A stretch of DNA of 64,000 nucleotides from Candidatus Sericytochromatia bacterium (GCA_035285125.1 JAYKHR010000048.1:128765-192764), one strand, 5' to 3'; shown: positions 34,328 through 44,298, counted from the stretch's first letter. Notes: a model not told the origin generated them from the sequence alone. Made by a program: numbers and translations.

Positions 34328-37300
34328 TTGCCCGATCTGGACGGCGCGACGTATCGTCATGGGGCCGTGCAAGCCCCACCCTTGCGTCTGACGTCAAGAG
34401 CCTTCCGTTCCTTTGGGCTTCCCACCCTCCCGTGGAGCCTGACCGGGCTGGGCCTGCTCGCCTGGTGCCTGATGGGATCTGCCGCCCTGGGGCTACCCCC
34501 ACCAGCCCGAGACGGCAGCCCGGTGCCGGGCCACCCTGGCGACGACGTCAGCATCGTCTACACGGGGTTGACCGGAGGCCTGACCCACGCCCGAACCGAT
34601 TTCGCGCCGCTGTGGACGATGTTCGACACGTCGCTGAGCCCTCCCTTTCGGGCCGGTGGCTTCCGGGAGGACAACGTCTTCAGGCACGGTGACCGCCTCC
34701 TGTACACCGACCAGGGGCCCCTGACGCTGCGCGACCTGGAGCGTTTCCTCGAGGGGGGAGCTTGCACCTTCGGGCCCCCGGAACCAGTGCCGCTGGTGCT
34801 GACGGACGACGCCCTCGTGGTGGAGCTGGGGTCGGCTGGATGGGGGCTGCCCGCTTTCGGTGACCTTGTGGCGCGCGCGGGGCGCTTCCACACGACGCAG
34901 GGGCGGCGGGCACGCCGCCACCGCATCGTGAACGAGGCCGGGACCACCCTGTTCTTGGTCGACTCGGCGGGGGCCCCGCTGGATCCCTGCGCGCCACTTG
35001 CCGCCGTCGAGGAGTGGGAGATGGTACCCGCCGCCTCCGTCGACCTGACCCAGCTGGCCCCGGACGGCTCCCGGCGCGGCAGCAGGCTCCTCGCTGCGGC
35101 GCGCCCCCTGGGCCAGGGGCTTCGACGGAGCCTGCTGGTGCAGCGCTGGCGGGCGGCCACCCCGGGCCGCGCGCTATATGTCGACCTGGGCGATGCCCTG
35201 GAGCCCGGCGGCTCAGAGGGGGCGGTCGTGAGGCGCGGCTTCACGATGGCCCACCTCGGTGAGCTCGGCCTGGACGGCCTCGTGCCCGGGGAAACGGAGC
35301 TCGGGCTGGCCCGGGCGGAGTGGGCCAGGCTGGCTGCAACGGTGCCGCTGCTGGCGGCCAACGTCGAGCCCCTGGACGCCGCGGAACCCCGACCGGCCCC
35401 CGCGCTGACACGCTTGCTCGGCAAGGTCCGCGTTGCCGTGGTGGGCCTTGCCGACGACCGGACGTTCGAAGCCGCAGGGCTCGCGGGTGCCGGCGCCCGC
35501 TGGAAGGTCGGAGATCCCGTCGCGGTGGCCGTGCGCGAGCTGGCAAGGCTCAGGGAACTGCCTCTCGCGACCCGTCCGGAGCTGACCGTGATCGCAACCA
35601 ACATCCGGGACGACCGGCTGCAGCTGCTGCGTCAGCTGGACGGGGCAGCGGCCGTGCTGGCCGACATGGATGGGTTGCCTGGCGAACTCGTCGAGGAGAC
35701 GGTGTCGGTGTCAGGTGAGGCCCGCGCCAGGGGGCGAAAACCGCTTCTGGTGGTCCGCTCGAGCCCCTCCCGCGTGGGCAGGCTGACGGCGCACTTCTCA
35801 CCTGACACCGGGGAGGGCAGGAATCTGCTGCGACTCCGCAACGAGGCCCAACTGGTCACCGACAAGCTACCGCAGGAGGCACGCTGGCGGCACGAGCTCA
35901 ACGTCCTGGCGGACGCCCACCAGCGCAAACGACGCGAGCTTCTGCTTCCCGACCTCAGGGAGGTGGAGGTGGCCGGCGAGCGCCTCGCGGACCGCTTCGA
36001 CACGGGTCGCTGGAACACGCTGGTGACCCAGGTCATGTGGAGCCAGACGGGGGCCGAGGTGACGGTCCTGCGCCGCATACCCCTGGATTACAAGGTGATC
36101 GGGCCCGTCAGTAGGTTGGCAGCAGAGCGCTGGCTGGAGGTGGAGGACCGCCTCGTCGACGTGGTGCTACCGGGGAAGGCCATCAAGGCCCTGGCCGCCA
36201 CCGGGCAGGGCCTCTTGAGCTTTGCGGGCTACGACGCCGGCGCCGGCCAGGTCCTCGGCGGCCCCATCGGCGACGAGGAGCTGTACCGTGTGACGACCAC
36301 GGACCTGACGATGCGACTGCCCCGGCTGCGCGAGCACTTCGAGGGGCGTCCGACCCGGGACCGCTGGGCCACGACGCCCGAGGGCTTCTGGCGGTCTGAA
36401 GCCACGGGGGCGCCAGTCACGCTCCGGGACCAGGTGGTCGATTCCCTCCGGGCGCTGAAGCAGCGCCACGGGGGCGCCTTCGACTCGGCCTACCGCGAGG
36501 ACCTGCTGGCCTGGCTCGCCCCACGGCCGGCAGCAGGCCCCCCGCGCTGGAGCGTCCGGCTGGATGATGGAGAGCTGCTGACCAATGCCCTGCGCGGCGC
36601 AGAAGACCCCGCTTTTGCCCAGGTTCGCAACACCCGCGCGACCGCGCCGTCCACGCTCACCGTGGGCGGCCGCGGTCGCGTGGCGGTTCTTTACGACTCG
36701 CGGGACTGGGGGCTCGAGCAGAGGGCCCGCGGCATCTACAAGCGCAACACCCTGACCCGGGAGGGCACGGAGGTCGTCCAGGAGACGGACGACGAACTCG
36801 CCCTGACGTCGGAGGTGCGGCTGAAGCGCCTGGCGGCGCAGCTCCCGGTGGGGACGCTGACGCCCTTCGGCAGCGGCACCTACACCACGGAGTTCGTGCC
36901 TGACGTCTCCGACGGCGGGCCCAAGCCTCGACGCTCCGAGCTCGCCGCGATCGCCGGCCTGCTGTGGGCGCCGGGCGGCCCGGACCGCGACTGGCGCCTG
37001 GGCTTCGCCCTGAAGAACGACCTGGCCAACCCGGGCATGCTGGAGCCGGGGTTCTACGTCGCGGGCGGCTTCGAGCGCTCCCTGGCGCCCCTGTTGCCCG
37101 CCCGCTTCAAGTCAGGGGTGGAGGTGTTCCGGTTTGCCGCCACGCCCACCGACACGCCAGACCGCCTCGGGCTGGCAGCCACCCTCAACGCCGGCCTTGC
37201 CATCCCCCTTTGGGACAGGCTCACCTTGAACGTGGGGGCCGACTGGTTCGTGTTCAGCGGCAAGGTTCCCGACACCGACAGGCTGCGCGCGAGCGCCGAC

Positions 37301-37360
37301 TTCCGCGTGGGGCTCGGCTACTCGCTGACCTGGAAGCCCCTGCACCGCATCTGGTTTTGA
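34328..37360 (+). CDS. Exported 5'-nucleotidase-like protein (degenerate) fused to a C-terminal outer-membrane beta-barrel
   Basis: Hydrophobic signal; YVDLGDAL, LLAANV, KVRVAVVGL and DEELYRVTTTD resemble UshA/CpdB domains; amphipathic strands ending ...HRIWF. Start uncertain. Confidence 0.65.
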   Translation: MPDLDGATYRHGAVQAPPLRLTSRAFRSFGLPTLPWSLTGLGLLAWCLMGSAALGLPPPARDGSPVPGHPGDDVSIVYTGLTGGLTHARTDFAPLWTMFDTSLSPPFRAGGFREDNVFRHGDRLLYTDQGPLTLRDLERFLEGGACTFGPPEPVPLVLTDDALVVELGSAGWGLPAFGDLVARAGRFHTTQGRRARRHRIVNEAGTTLFLVDSAGAPLDPCAPLAAVEEWEMVPAASVDLTQLAPDGSRRGSRLLAAARPLGQGLRRSLLVQRWRAATPGRALYVDLGDALEPGGSEGAVVRRGFTMAHLGELGLDGLVPGETELGLARAEWARLAATVPLLAANVEPLDAAEPRPAPALTRLLGKVRVAVVGLADDRTFEAAGLAGAGARWKVGDPVAVAVRELARLRELPLATRPELTVIATNIRDDRLQLLRQLDGAAAVLADMDGLPGELVEETVSVSGEARARGRKPLLVVRSSPSRVGRLTAHFSPDTGEGRNLLRLRNEAQLVTDKLPQEARWRHELNVLADAHQRKRRELLLPDLREVEVAGERLADRFDTGRWNTLVTQVMWSQTGAEVTVLRRIPLDYKVIGPVSRLAAERWLEVEDRLVDVVLPGKAIKALAATGQGLLSFAGYDAGAGQVLGGPIGDEELYRVTTTDLTMRLPRLREHFEGRPTRDRWATTPEGFWRSEATGAPVTLRDQVVDSLRALKQRHGGAFDSAYREDLLAWLAPRPAAGPPRWSVRLDDGELLTNALRGAEDPAFAQVRNTRATAPSTLTVGGRGRVAVLYDSRDWGLEQRARGIYKRNTLTREGTEVVQETDDELALTSEVRLKRLAAQLPVGTLTPFGSGTYTTEFVPDVSDGGPKPRRSELAAIAGLLWAPGGPDRDWRLGFALKNDLANPGMLEPGFYVAGGFERSLAPLLPARFKSGVEVFRFAATPTDTPDRLGLAATLNAGLAIPLWDRLTLNVGADWFVFSGKVPDTDRLRASADFRVGLGYSLTWKPLHRIWF

Positions 37361-37386
37361 CCCCCGCCCCCGTCGGAGCTGACACC

Positions 37387-37869
37387 ATGACCCGCCACCT
37401 GCTACCGTTCTTCCTGGCCGCCACGGCCGCGGCCACGACGCCAGGCTGCGCCCTCTGGCAGGCTTATGTGCAACGCGCGGCGGTGCAGGAGGCCCGGCTG
37501 GCGCTTGAGGGCGTCCGGGTCGAGGGGCTGGACCTCGTGGGCATCACGGTGGCGGTGGCGGTGGCGGTGGAGAACCCGACGGACACCACCATGACCCTGG
37601 ACCGCCTGGAGTGGTCACTCCTCGTCAACGACGCGGCGGCCGCGCGGGGCAGCTCGCAGGTGGCCCTGTCGGTCCCGCCGCGAGAGCAGCGGCCGCACAC
37701 CCTGACGGTGCGCGTCGCTTACGCTGACCTCAGCACGCAGGTGCGCCAGCTGCTGCTCAGCGGCGGCGTGCGGGCCTGGCGCCTCGAGGGCACGGCCCAC
37801 CTGGACACCCCGTTCGGCAGCTTCCGCTACCCGGTCCGCGCCGAGCGCCGGGAAGGCACCCACCCGTGA
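37387..37869 (+). CDS. LEA type 2 / WHy domain lipoprotein
   Basis: TPGC lipobox-like motif; VENPTDTTMTLDRLEWSLLVN (NPN-like WHy motif). Confidence 0.8.
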   Translation: MTRHLLPFFLAATAAATTPGCALWQAYVQRAAVQEARLALEGVRVEGLDLVGITVAVAVAVENPTDTTMTLDRLEWSLLVNDAAAARGSSQVALSVPPREQRPHTLTVRVAYADLSTQVRQLLLSGGVRAWRLEGTAHLDTPFGSFRYPVRAERREGTHP

Positions 37870-37960
37870 ACCAGCCACCACGGCGGGGCCCAACATGGCA
37901 GGCTAGGCAGATGCCAGGCCCGTCCAGTAAACTGTCACGACCCGCCAGGAGGTCTCCCAG

Positions 37961-38317
37961 GTGAAGGCGCGCGTCCCGTTGCTGCTAATCGCCACCGTCG
38001 TCGCCCACACCCTGCCCGGCTGCGCGACGGTGGACCTCTATGAACCCGAGCGCGCGGCCCTCGCCGACGCCGAACGCGGGGAGCGTCTTTTCAAGTCCAA
38101 CTGCGCGCGGACGTGCCACCCGGCCAACGCCTTCGAGGTCAAGAGCGTGAAGAACCGCCGGCAGCTTGTTAGCACAATCCGTACATACTATGAGCAGATT
38201 GCCGGCGACGAGCGGAACTACACGCGTCAAGACCTGTACGACCTGGCCCAGTACCTCGACCGGAAACACTACAGGCTGCCAGCCATCTCGGCCCAGGAAG
38301 CGCCCGCGAAGCCATGA
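37961..38317 (+). CDS. Small c-type cytochrome-like lipoprotein with atypical CX3CH motif
   Basis: LPGC lipobox; AERGERLFKSNCARTCH N-helix; C-terminal DLYDLAQYL helix typical of class I cytochrome c. Confidence 0.7.
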   Translation: MKARVPLLLIATVVAHTLPGCATVDLYEPERAALADAERGERLFKSNCARTCHPANAFEVKSVKNRRQLVSTIRTYYEQIAGDERNYTRQDLYDLAQYLDRKHYRLPAISAQEAPAKP

Positions 38318-39375
38318 AGTTCCTCTACGCCCTGCTCGTGTTCGTCCCGCTCACCGGCGTGGCTCACGGGCTTCACTGGGATCCCACGCTACAGTTCGTC
38401 GCCTCGCTGCTAGCCATCGTTCCCCTCGCGAAGCTCATGGGATCGGCCACGGAGGAGGTGGCCCTCCGCACCGGTCCAGGCATCGGTGGCCTGCTCAACG
38501 CGACGTTCGGCAACGCGACAGAGCTCATCATCGCGCTGTTCGCACTGAACGCGGGGCTCTACAAGATCGTGCAGGCGTCCATCACGGGCTCCATCATCGG
38601 CAACATCCTGTTCGTCCTGGGCCTCGCCATCTTCGCCGGCGGCCTGCGTTACCCCTCCTTGCACTTCAACCGCACGGTCGCGGGGCTCAACACCTCGCTG
38701 CTGATGCTTGCCGTGGTGGGGTTGCTGGTGCCCGCGGCCTACGAGTGGCATATGAAGCACCTCGGCGTGGCGGCCGGCCCCAAGGTCTGGCAGTTCTCGG
38801 CCCTCGTCGCCGTCGTGCTCATCTTGGTGTACGTCGCAAACCTCGTGTTCGCCCTCCGCACCCACGCCGACCTGTACGCCGGCGGGGAGGGCCAGCACGA
38901 CGAGCACGAAACGCCCACGTGGTCGATGCCCCTGGCGGTGGGGGTATTGCTGGGCTCCACCGTGCTGGTCGCGCTGATGTCGGAGGTCCTGGTGGGCTCG
39001 ATCGAGCACGTGACGAAGAGCTGGGGCCTCCCCGAGTTGTTCATCGGTGTGATCCTCGTGCCGATCGTGGGCAACGCGGCGGAGCACATGACGGCCGTGA
39101 CGGTCGCGATGAAGAACAAGATGGACCTCTCGCTGGGCATCGCGATCGGCTCCACCACCCAGATCGCGCTGCTGATCGCCCCGGTGCTGGTGCTGGCGGG
39201 GTGGGCGATGGGCAAGCCGCTGACGCTGTCGTTCGACGTTTTCGAGGTGGTCTCGGTCATGATGGCGGTGGCCGTTGTGAACTTCATCGTGCTCGATGGA
39301 GAGTCCAACTGGCTCGAGGGGCTGATGCTTCTGGCGACCTACGGCATCCTGGCCGTGGCGTTCCTGCTCCACTGA
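38314..39375 (+). CDS. Ca2+/H+ antiporter (Cax/ChaA family)
   Basis: GGLLNATFGNATELI and PIVGNAAEH alpha-repeats; DGESNWLEG. Confidence 0.95.
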   Translation: MKFLYALLVFVPLTGVAHGLHWDPTLQFVASLLAIVPLAKLMGSATEEVALRTGPGIGGLLNATFGNATELIIALFALNAGLYKIVQASITGSIIGNILFVLGLAIFAGGLRYPSLHFNRTVAGLNTSLLMLAVVGLLVPAAYEWHMKHLGVAAGPKVWQFSALVAVVLILVYVANLVFALRTHADLYAGGEGQHDEHETPTWSMPLAVGVLLGSTVLVALMSEVLVGSIEHVTKSWGLPELFIGVILVPIVGNAAEHMTAVTVAMKNKMDLSLGIAIGSTTQIALLIAPVLVLAGWAMGKPLTLSFDVFEVVSVMMAVAVVNFIVLDGESNWLEGLMLLATYGILAVAFLLH

Positions 39376-39461
39376 GCCAGATGTGAACTTTGGTTAAGCA
39401 GCCTGACCGGGCATGACGGCGGGGTATAAGGGGCTGGTCTGCCCGCTCCGGAGTCCCCCGC

Positions 39462-40172
39462 TTGCCGATCGCGCTACGCCACGAACACCCCTGGGACGTC
39501 TCCCCCTACGAGGCGCAACAGCTTCAGAGGAGCCTTCAGGCACACGTCCGCCAGCTCGAAGCTGACGCGCAGCCGGCCACCATCGCAGGCGTGGAGGTGG
39601 CCCATTCCAGGTTCAACGACACGCTCGTGGCGGCAGTCTCGGTGCTTCGCTACCCTGACCTCACCGTGATAGAGGAAGTCACGGCGGAGTACTCGGCCAC
39701 CTTCCCCTTCATCCCAGGGCTCCTTTCCTTCCGGGAGGTGCCGGCCATCCTGGCGGCCCTCGAGCAACTCAGCGCGCTGCCAGACGCCCTCCTGGTCGAT
39801 GGCCCTGGCGTCGCGCACCCCCATGGCCTGGGGGTCGCGTCCCACCTCGGCGTGGTCCTGGACCGTCCGACGATCGGGTGCTCTCGCAGCGCCCTGGTGG
39901 GGAGCTACGTGGAGCCCGAGGTGTCCGCAGGCTCGCACTCCGCACTGGTCTGGCAGGGCGAACTCATCGGCACGGTGTTTCGCTCCAAGAACCGCGTGGC
40001 CCCACTGTTCGTTTCCGTCGGCCACCGCGTCACGCGCCAGTCCGCCCTCGACATGGTCATCGCTTGTTGCAAAGGCTACAGGCTGCCGGAGCCCACGCGC
40101 CGGGCCCACGTCCGGCTGACGGCGGCCCGCAGCGCCCTCAAATCGGAAGGCGTGGCCAACGGGCCCTCGTGA
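39462..40172 (+). CDS. nfi: Endonuclease V
   Basis: FPFIPGLLSFRE, LVDGPGVAHP, PLFVSVGH and YRLPEPTRRAH motifs. Confidence 0.9.
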   Translation: MPIALRHEHPWDVSPYEAQQLQRSLQAHVRQLEADAQPATIAGVEVAHSRFNDTLVAAVSVLRYPDLTVIEEVTAEYSATFPFIPGLLSFREVPAILAALEQLSALPDALLVDGPGVAHPHGLGVASHLGVVLDRPTIGCSRSALVGSYVEPEVSAGSHSALVWQGELIGTVFRSKNRVAPLFVSVGHRVTRQSALDMVIACCKGYRLPEPTRRAHVRLTAARSALKSEGVANGPS

Positions 40173-40293
40173 CAGCCAGGCGCAGCGTTTCAGCCACGAG
40201 CCGGGACGCGGGGCGGGGGAGCCTCCGTCATGGTAAACTTTCGGGCCGGGCCGCTCCCCGTAGCCGCCCCGCCATGTTGCCATGGAGTGACCG

Positions 40294-42192
40294 ATGCCCT
40301 TCGCCGACCCAGCCGTGCATGTTCGCCGCCTGCGCCTTGGCCTCGCGTGTACGCTTGGCAGCGCCTGGATGATGGGCTGCGGGGGATCGCCGACCGGCGT
40401 TGCCGGCCAGGGTGCCGCCAACCTGCCGCCGCAGACCAACCCGGGCATCATCGACAAGGACAAGGGCAAGAAGGGCAGCGAAGCGGACGGGCCGCGACGC
40501 AACCTCAAAGGGGTCCTGACGGACGCCCTCACGGGCGAGCCCATCGAACGGGCCCTCGTGGTGGTCGAGGGGCTCCAGACCACCGTGTCCTCCACGCCGA
40601 TTCCGGCAGCTCCGTCACCGACGCGCGACGAACTCGACACGGACGACCCGGTCGGCGGTGGCGGCGGCCCCCAGGCCCCGGTGCAGCTGGCTCAGGCGGA
40701 CAACCCCGTGATCCCTGCCGCCGAGACCACCGTGAGGCCTTCCGGCAGCCCGTCAACCTCGGCCTCGCCCCGTCCCGGCGGCCTCCTCGGCTCACCCGGC
40801 CCAGCCTCGCCCTCCCCCGGCTTGGCGGCATCCGCCTCCCCGACTGGAACGGGCTCCCCTTCGCCAGCCACCAGCGCCAGCCCGGGCGCCCCCACGGCCG
40901 GCCCGACGCCCCTGCCAGTCACTACGTATCGTGCAGACTCCCAGGGGCGATTCGAGCTCAAGAGCATTCCCGAAGGCACTTACAACCTCACGTTCTGGGC
41001 GCCTGGCTACCAGGCCATTACCTACCAGGGGGCCCTCCAGCCCGAGTTCGAGGTGCAGCTGCGCCCATTGGAGCCTGACACCAAGAAGTTCCACGCGCTC
41101 AAGGGCGTGGTCCGGCAAGCCAGCGATGCGCCGGCCCCCGGCGTGCCCGTCGAGATTTCTTCCATGACGGGCAAGCTGGCCGGTCAGCGGGAAGAGACGG
41201 ATGCCCAGGGCAACTTCACGATGGCGGGCGTGCCCTCTGGAAACTACGCGGCAGCAGCCTGGACCACCAACATGGAGGGCGAGGTCGCAACGTTTGCGAT
41301 GGTCCGAGAGGTGCCCGTCGCCCTGGGACGCGAGCGCCGCACGGTCTCCCCGACGCTGCGCCTGCTGGCTGTCACCGCGCCTCTGCTCTACGCGGGCAGT
41401 GTGACAGGCTCCGCCAAGGAGAGCGAGATCAAGGCCGCGCTGGCGGCCAAGAAGCCCGTGCCGGGGGTGAGGCCGAACCGCGTCAGCGCCGGCATCCGGG
41501 TGGGAGACGGTGAGATCCCGCTGGTCAGCGTGCCTGTCGGGGCAGACGGCTACTTCCGCCTGCGGCTGCCCACGCTGCCCGAAGGGGCGACCTACCACCT
41601 CACGGCCTCTGGCCAGAGCGAGGCCGGCCAGACCAGCCACCGCCATCTCTATGACCTCGAAGGCCCCGACCCCAAGCTGAACCTTGCGCTTCCGGGCGCA
41701 CCTGAGAGCGTGCGGCTGGACGACCGCTCCAAGCACCCGCATTTCTCGTGGGAGGCGGTGGGCTCGGACGTGACGGCCTACAGGCTCTCCGTGGAGCGAC
41801 TCGGCGACGACGGCGACACGCTTTGGGAGGCCTGGACGACGGGCACAGCCGTGCACCTGCCCAACAGCAAGGAGCTCCCTTTCCTTCGGGAAGGCGAGAG
41901 CTACCGCTACACCCTGGCTGCCGTGAAGCTGGTGGACGACAAGAAGTTCGAGCTCTCGAACCTCGCCGATCGCCCCTGGGAGACGAGCGCGCTCACCCGG
42001 CCGCAGACCTTCGAGGTCGTGCGACAGAAGGCAGGCGCGTCGGGGAAACCCACGAGCACCCCGAGCAACGTGAAGCCGCTGGCCGCCACGCCCTCCCCCC
42101 GAGCCACCCGAGGGGTTACCTCGCCGTCTCCGACCCCCTCGGGCAAACCCACGCCCAAGAGCCCTCGCATCAAGCCCTTCGAAAAGCCGTGA
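40294..42192 (+). CDS. Lipoprotein with carboxypeptidase-regulatory-like beta-sandwich domains and Pro/Ser/Thr linkers
   Basis: MMGC lipobox; KGVLTDALTGEPI, ADSQGRFELKSIPEGTYNL and TDAQGNFTMAGVPSGNY repeats. Confidence 0.75.
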   Translation: MPFADPAVHVRRLRLGLACTLGSAWMMGCGGSPTGVAGQGAANLPPQTNPGIIDKDKGKKGSEADGPRRNLKGVLTDALTGEPIERALVVVEGLQTTVSSTPIPAAPSPTRDELDTDDPVGGGGGPQAPVQLAQADNPVIPAAETTVRPSGSPSTSASPRPGGLLGSPGPASPSPGLAASASPTGTGSPSPATSASPGAPTAGPTPLPVTTYRADSQGRFELKSIPEGTYNLTFWAPGYQAITYQGALQPEFEVQLRPLEPDTKKFHALKGVVRQASDAPAPGVPVEISSMTGKLAGQREETDAQGNFTMAGVPSGNYAAAAWTTNMEGEVATFAMVREVPVALGRERRTVSPTLRLLAVTAPLLYAGSVTGSAKESEIKAALAAKKPVPGVRPNRVSAGIRVGDGEIPLVSVPVGADGYFRLRLPTLPEGATYHLTASGQSEAGQTSHRHLYDLEGPDPKLNLALPGAPESVRLDDRSKHPHFSWEAVGSDVTAYRLSVERLGDDGDTLWEAWTTGTAVHLPNSKELPFLREGESYRYTLAAVKLVDDKKFELSNLADRPWETSALTRPQTFEVVRQKAGASGKPTSTPSNVKPLAATPSPRATRGVTSPSPTPSGKPTPKSPRIKPFEKP

Positions 42193-43169
42193 CCGCGGAG
42201 TGGCTCCTCGACGCCCGGCGCGTCGTGGTTCTCGACCTGGAGACGACAGGGCTCGACCCTCACGGCGACAGCATCCTGGAGATCGCAGCGATCCGACTTG
42301 AGGAAGGGGAGGAGGTCGGACGCCTCGAGACCCTCGTCAACCCGGGCGCCGGTGTCGTCATTCCAGAGGCCAGCCGCGCCATTCACGGCATCGATGCGGA
42401 CATGGTCGCCGAGGCCCCTGCCGTCGCCGAGGCCCTGGCCACCCTGCGGTCGTTCGTGGCAGACGCCCCGATCGTCGCGCACCACGCCCTTTTCGACCTC
42501 GCCTTCCTGAACCGTGCGGCGGCCCTGACTGGCCAACCGCGCTTCGACGGTCCCGTGATCGACACGCTGGAGGTGGCGCGGGAGGTGTTTCCCGAGCAGC
42601 GCTCGCACAAGCTCGAGGCGCTTTGCCAGTTGCTGGGCCGCCCCGCCGAGGGTTTTCACAGGGCAGGCCTCGATGCCTCGCACCTCGCGGCGATCTACCC
42701 GCTCCTGCGGGATCGGTGGCTGGCCCATCGGGCCTGGCAGGAGGCTCAGTTCCGCTGCATCGACGAGGTCGCGCAGCGCTACGACCACGTGACGCGCTTG
42801 CAGGAGTCCCTGCAACTCGAGGCCAACAGGCTGAAGCGCACGCTGACGCTCTTCCTCGAGCGTCAGCCGGAGGGCCTGCTGCCGCTGCCAGACGGCGCGC
42901 TGCTGGCGTTGCAGGCCCGTGAGCGCTACGAGTACGACCAGGCCGCGGTATCTACCCTGCTCGCTGCCTGGGGCCTCGAGGACCAACTGCTGAAGCCGGA
43001 CCGCCAACGTCTGGAGCGCTGGCTCCATCAGGGGAGGTTCTCGGAGGGGCAGCGGCAGGCGCTCGAGGCCGCTCGGGTTCCCCTGGCCCCCCAGGCCCGG
43101 CTGGTCCGACTGCCGCGGGCTCAGGGCGCAGAGGCGCAAGAGGGCACAGTGCAAAGGAGCGACGCATGA
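42189..43169 (+). CDS. DEDDh 3'-5' exonuclease (DnaQ-like) with a C-terminal extension
   Basis: DLETTG (ExoI), AHHALFD (ExoII), HRAGLDA (ExoIII); GTG overlaps the upstream stop. Confidence 0.88.
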   Translation: MTAEWLLDARRVVVLDLETTGLDPHGDSILEIAAIRLEEGEEVGRLETLVNPGAGVVIPEASRAIHGIDADMVAEAPAVAEALATLRSFVADAPIVAHHALFDLAFLNRAAALTGQPRFDGPVIDTLEVAREVFPEQRSHKLEALCQLLGRPAEGFHRAGLDASHLAAIYPLLRDRWLAHRAWQEAQFRCIDEVAQRYDHVTRLQESLQLEANRLKRTLTLFLERQPEGLLPLPDGALLALQARERYEYDQAAVSTLLAAWGLEDQLLKPDRQRLERWLHQGRFSEGQRQALEAARVPLAPQARLVRLPRAQGAEAQEGTVQRSDA

Positions 43170-43765
43170 GCGAGCCCGAAATTCCGGAGCGCGGCATCAC
43201 CCGCGAGGACGTGTTCAGGGGGAAAATCGTCAACGTTCGGGTGGACACGGTGGTGCTGCCAGATGGCCGCACCACGCAGCGCGAGGTGGTTGACCACCCT
43301 GGGGCGGTGGCCGTGATAGCGCGCGACGCCGACGGCCGCCTGCTGCTCGTGCGACAGTTCCGGTATGCCGTCGGCGCCTCGTCGCTGGAGCTGCCAGCCG
43401 GTTGCCTCGACCGGGCCGGAGAGGGCCTCGAGGCCGCGGCTCGGCGCGAGCTGGCCGAGGAGACGGGCCACAGCGCTGGTGACTGGACGTACCTCGGCAG
43501 GTTCCACTCGTCGCCAGGCATCCTCGCCGAGACCATGCACCTGTGGTTGGCAGAGGCGCTGACGCCCGGGGCTCCCTCGCCCGAGGACGACGAGTTCGTG
43601 ACGGTCGAGACCGTCACCTTGCCCGAGGCGCTCGAGTACGTCCGCCTGGGCAGGATTCACGACGCCAAGACAATCGTGGGGCTGCTCTGGCTCGCCCAGT
43701 TTGGGGGCACCACCGGCCAGACCCTGCCGCCAACGTCGGACATCACCGCGAGCGAGCTCGGCTGA
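43166..43765 (+). CDS. NUDIX hydrolase (ADP-ribose pyrophosphatase NudF-like)
   Basis: REVVDHPGAV, RQFRY, ELPAG...AARRELAEETG and IHDAKTI motifs. Confidence 0.92.
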   Translation: MSEPEIPERGITREDVFRGKIVNVRVDTVVLPDGRTTQREVVDHPGAVAVIARDADGRLLLVRQFRYAVGASSLELPAGCLDRAGEGLEAAARRELAEETGHSAGDWTYLGRFHSSPGILAETMHLWLAEALTPGAPSPEDDEFVTVETVTLPEALEYVRLGRIHDAKTIVGLLWLAQFGGTTGQTLPPTSDITASELG

Positions 43766-44289
43766 TGGGCCGTTCGCACCTGCCCCTGCGGCTCCTGCTG
43801 CTGGCCTGGCTGGCCCTCGCCTCGGCGGGTTGCAAGCTGCCGTACCGCACCCTGGCTCAGGTGCTGGTGGTGCCCTATGCCAGCCTCGAAGCGGAGGGCA
43901 ACACCGTTGGGAGCCAGTGCCTGCGAGCCCCCAGCATCGCCCTCGCCGTGCCCCCTGAGGCCGCCCAGCTGCAGGTCCGGGCGGCGATCCTTCGCCTAGA
44001 GGTTAAGAACGAGGGGCCCGCGCGCCTCGTGATGGTCCCGCACCTCACGCCGAGGGGCGAGGACCCCTACGCCCAGGCAAGCCTGGGGGGGGCGGAGCCC
44101 ATCGAGCTCGCCGGACTCGGCTCCCAGGCGGAGCGCAGCTACCCGCTCTCAGCGGCCATGTTCAAGACGGAGGCCTGGTCATTCGGGCTGCGCGTCACCT
44201 CTCCGGAGGCCCTGCCGGCGGCCCCACGCGCCTCGGACCACCGGCTAGAGGTCCGGTGGCGGGTCGACGTGGACGCGAGCCTGCTCTGA
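43765..44289 (+). CDS. Hypothetical lipoprotein
   Basis: LLLLAWLALASAGC lipobox; TGATG coupling to the NUDIX gene. Confidence 0.7.
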   Translation: MGRSHLPLRLLLLAWLALASAGCKLPYRTLAQVLVVPYASLEAEGNTVGSQCLRAPSIALAVPPEAAQLQVRAAILRLEVKNEGPARLVMVPHLTPRGEDPYAQASLGGAEPIELAGLGSQAERSYPLSAAMFKTEAWSFGLRVTSPEALPAAPRASDHRLEVRWRVDVDASLL

Positions 44290-44298
44290 GCCCCGCCC

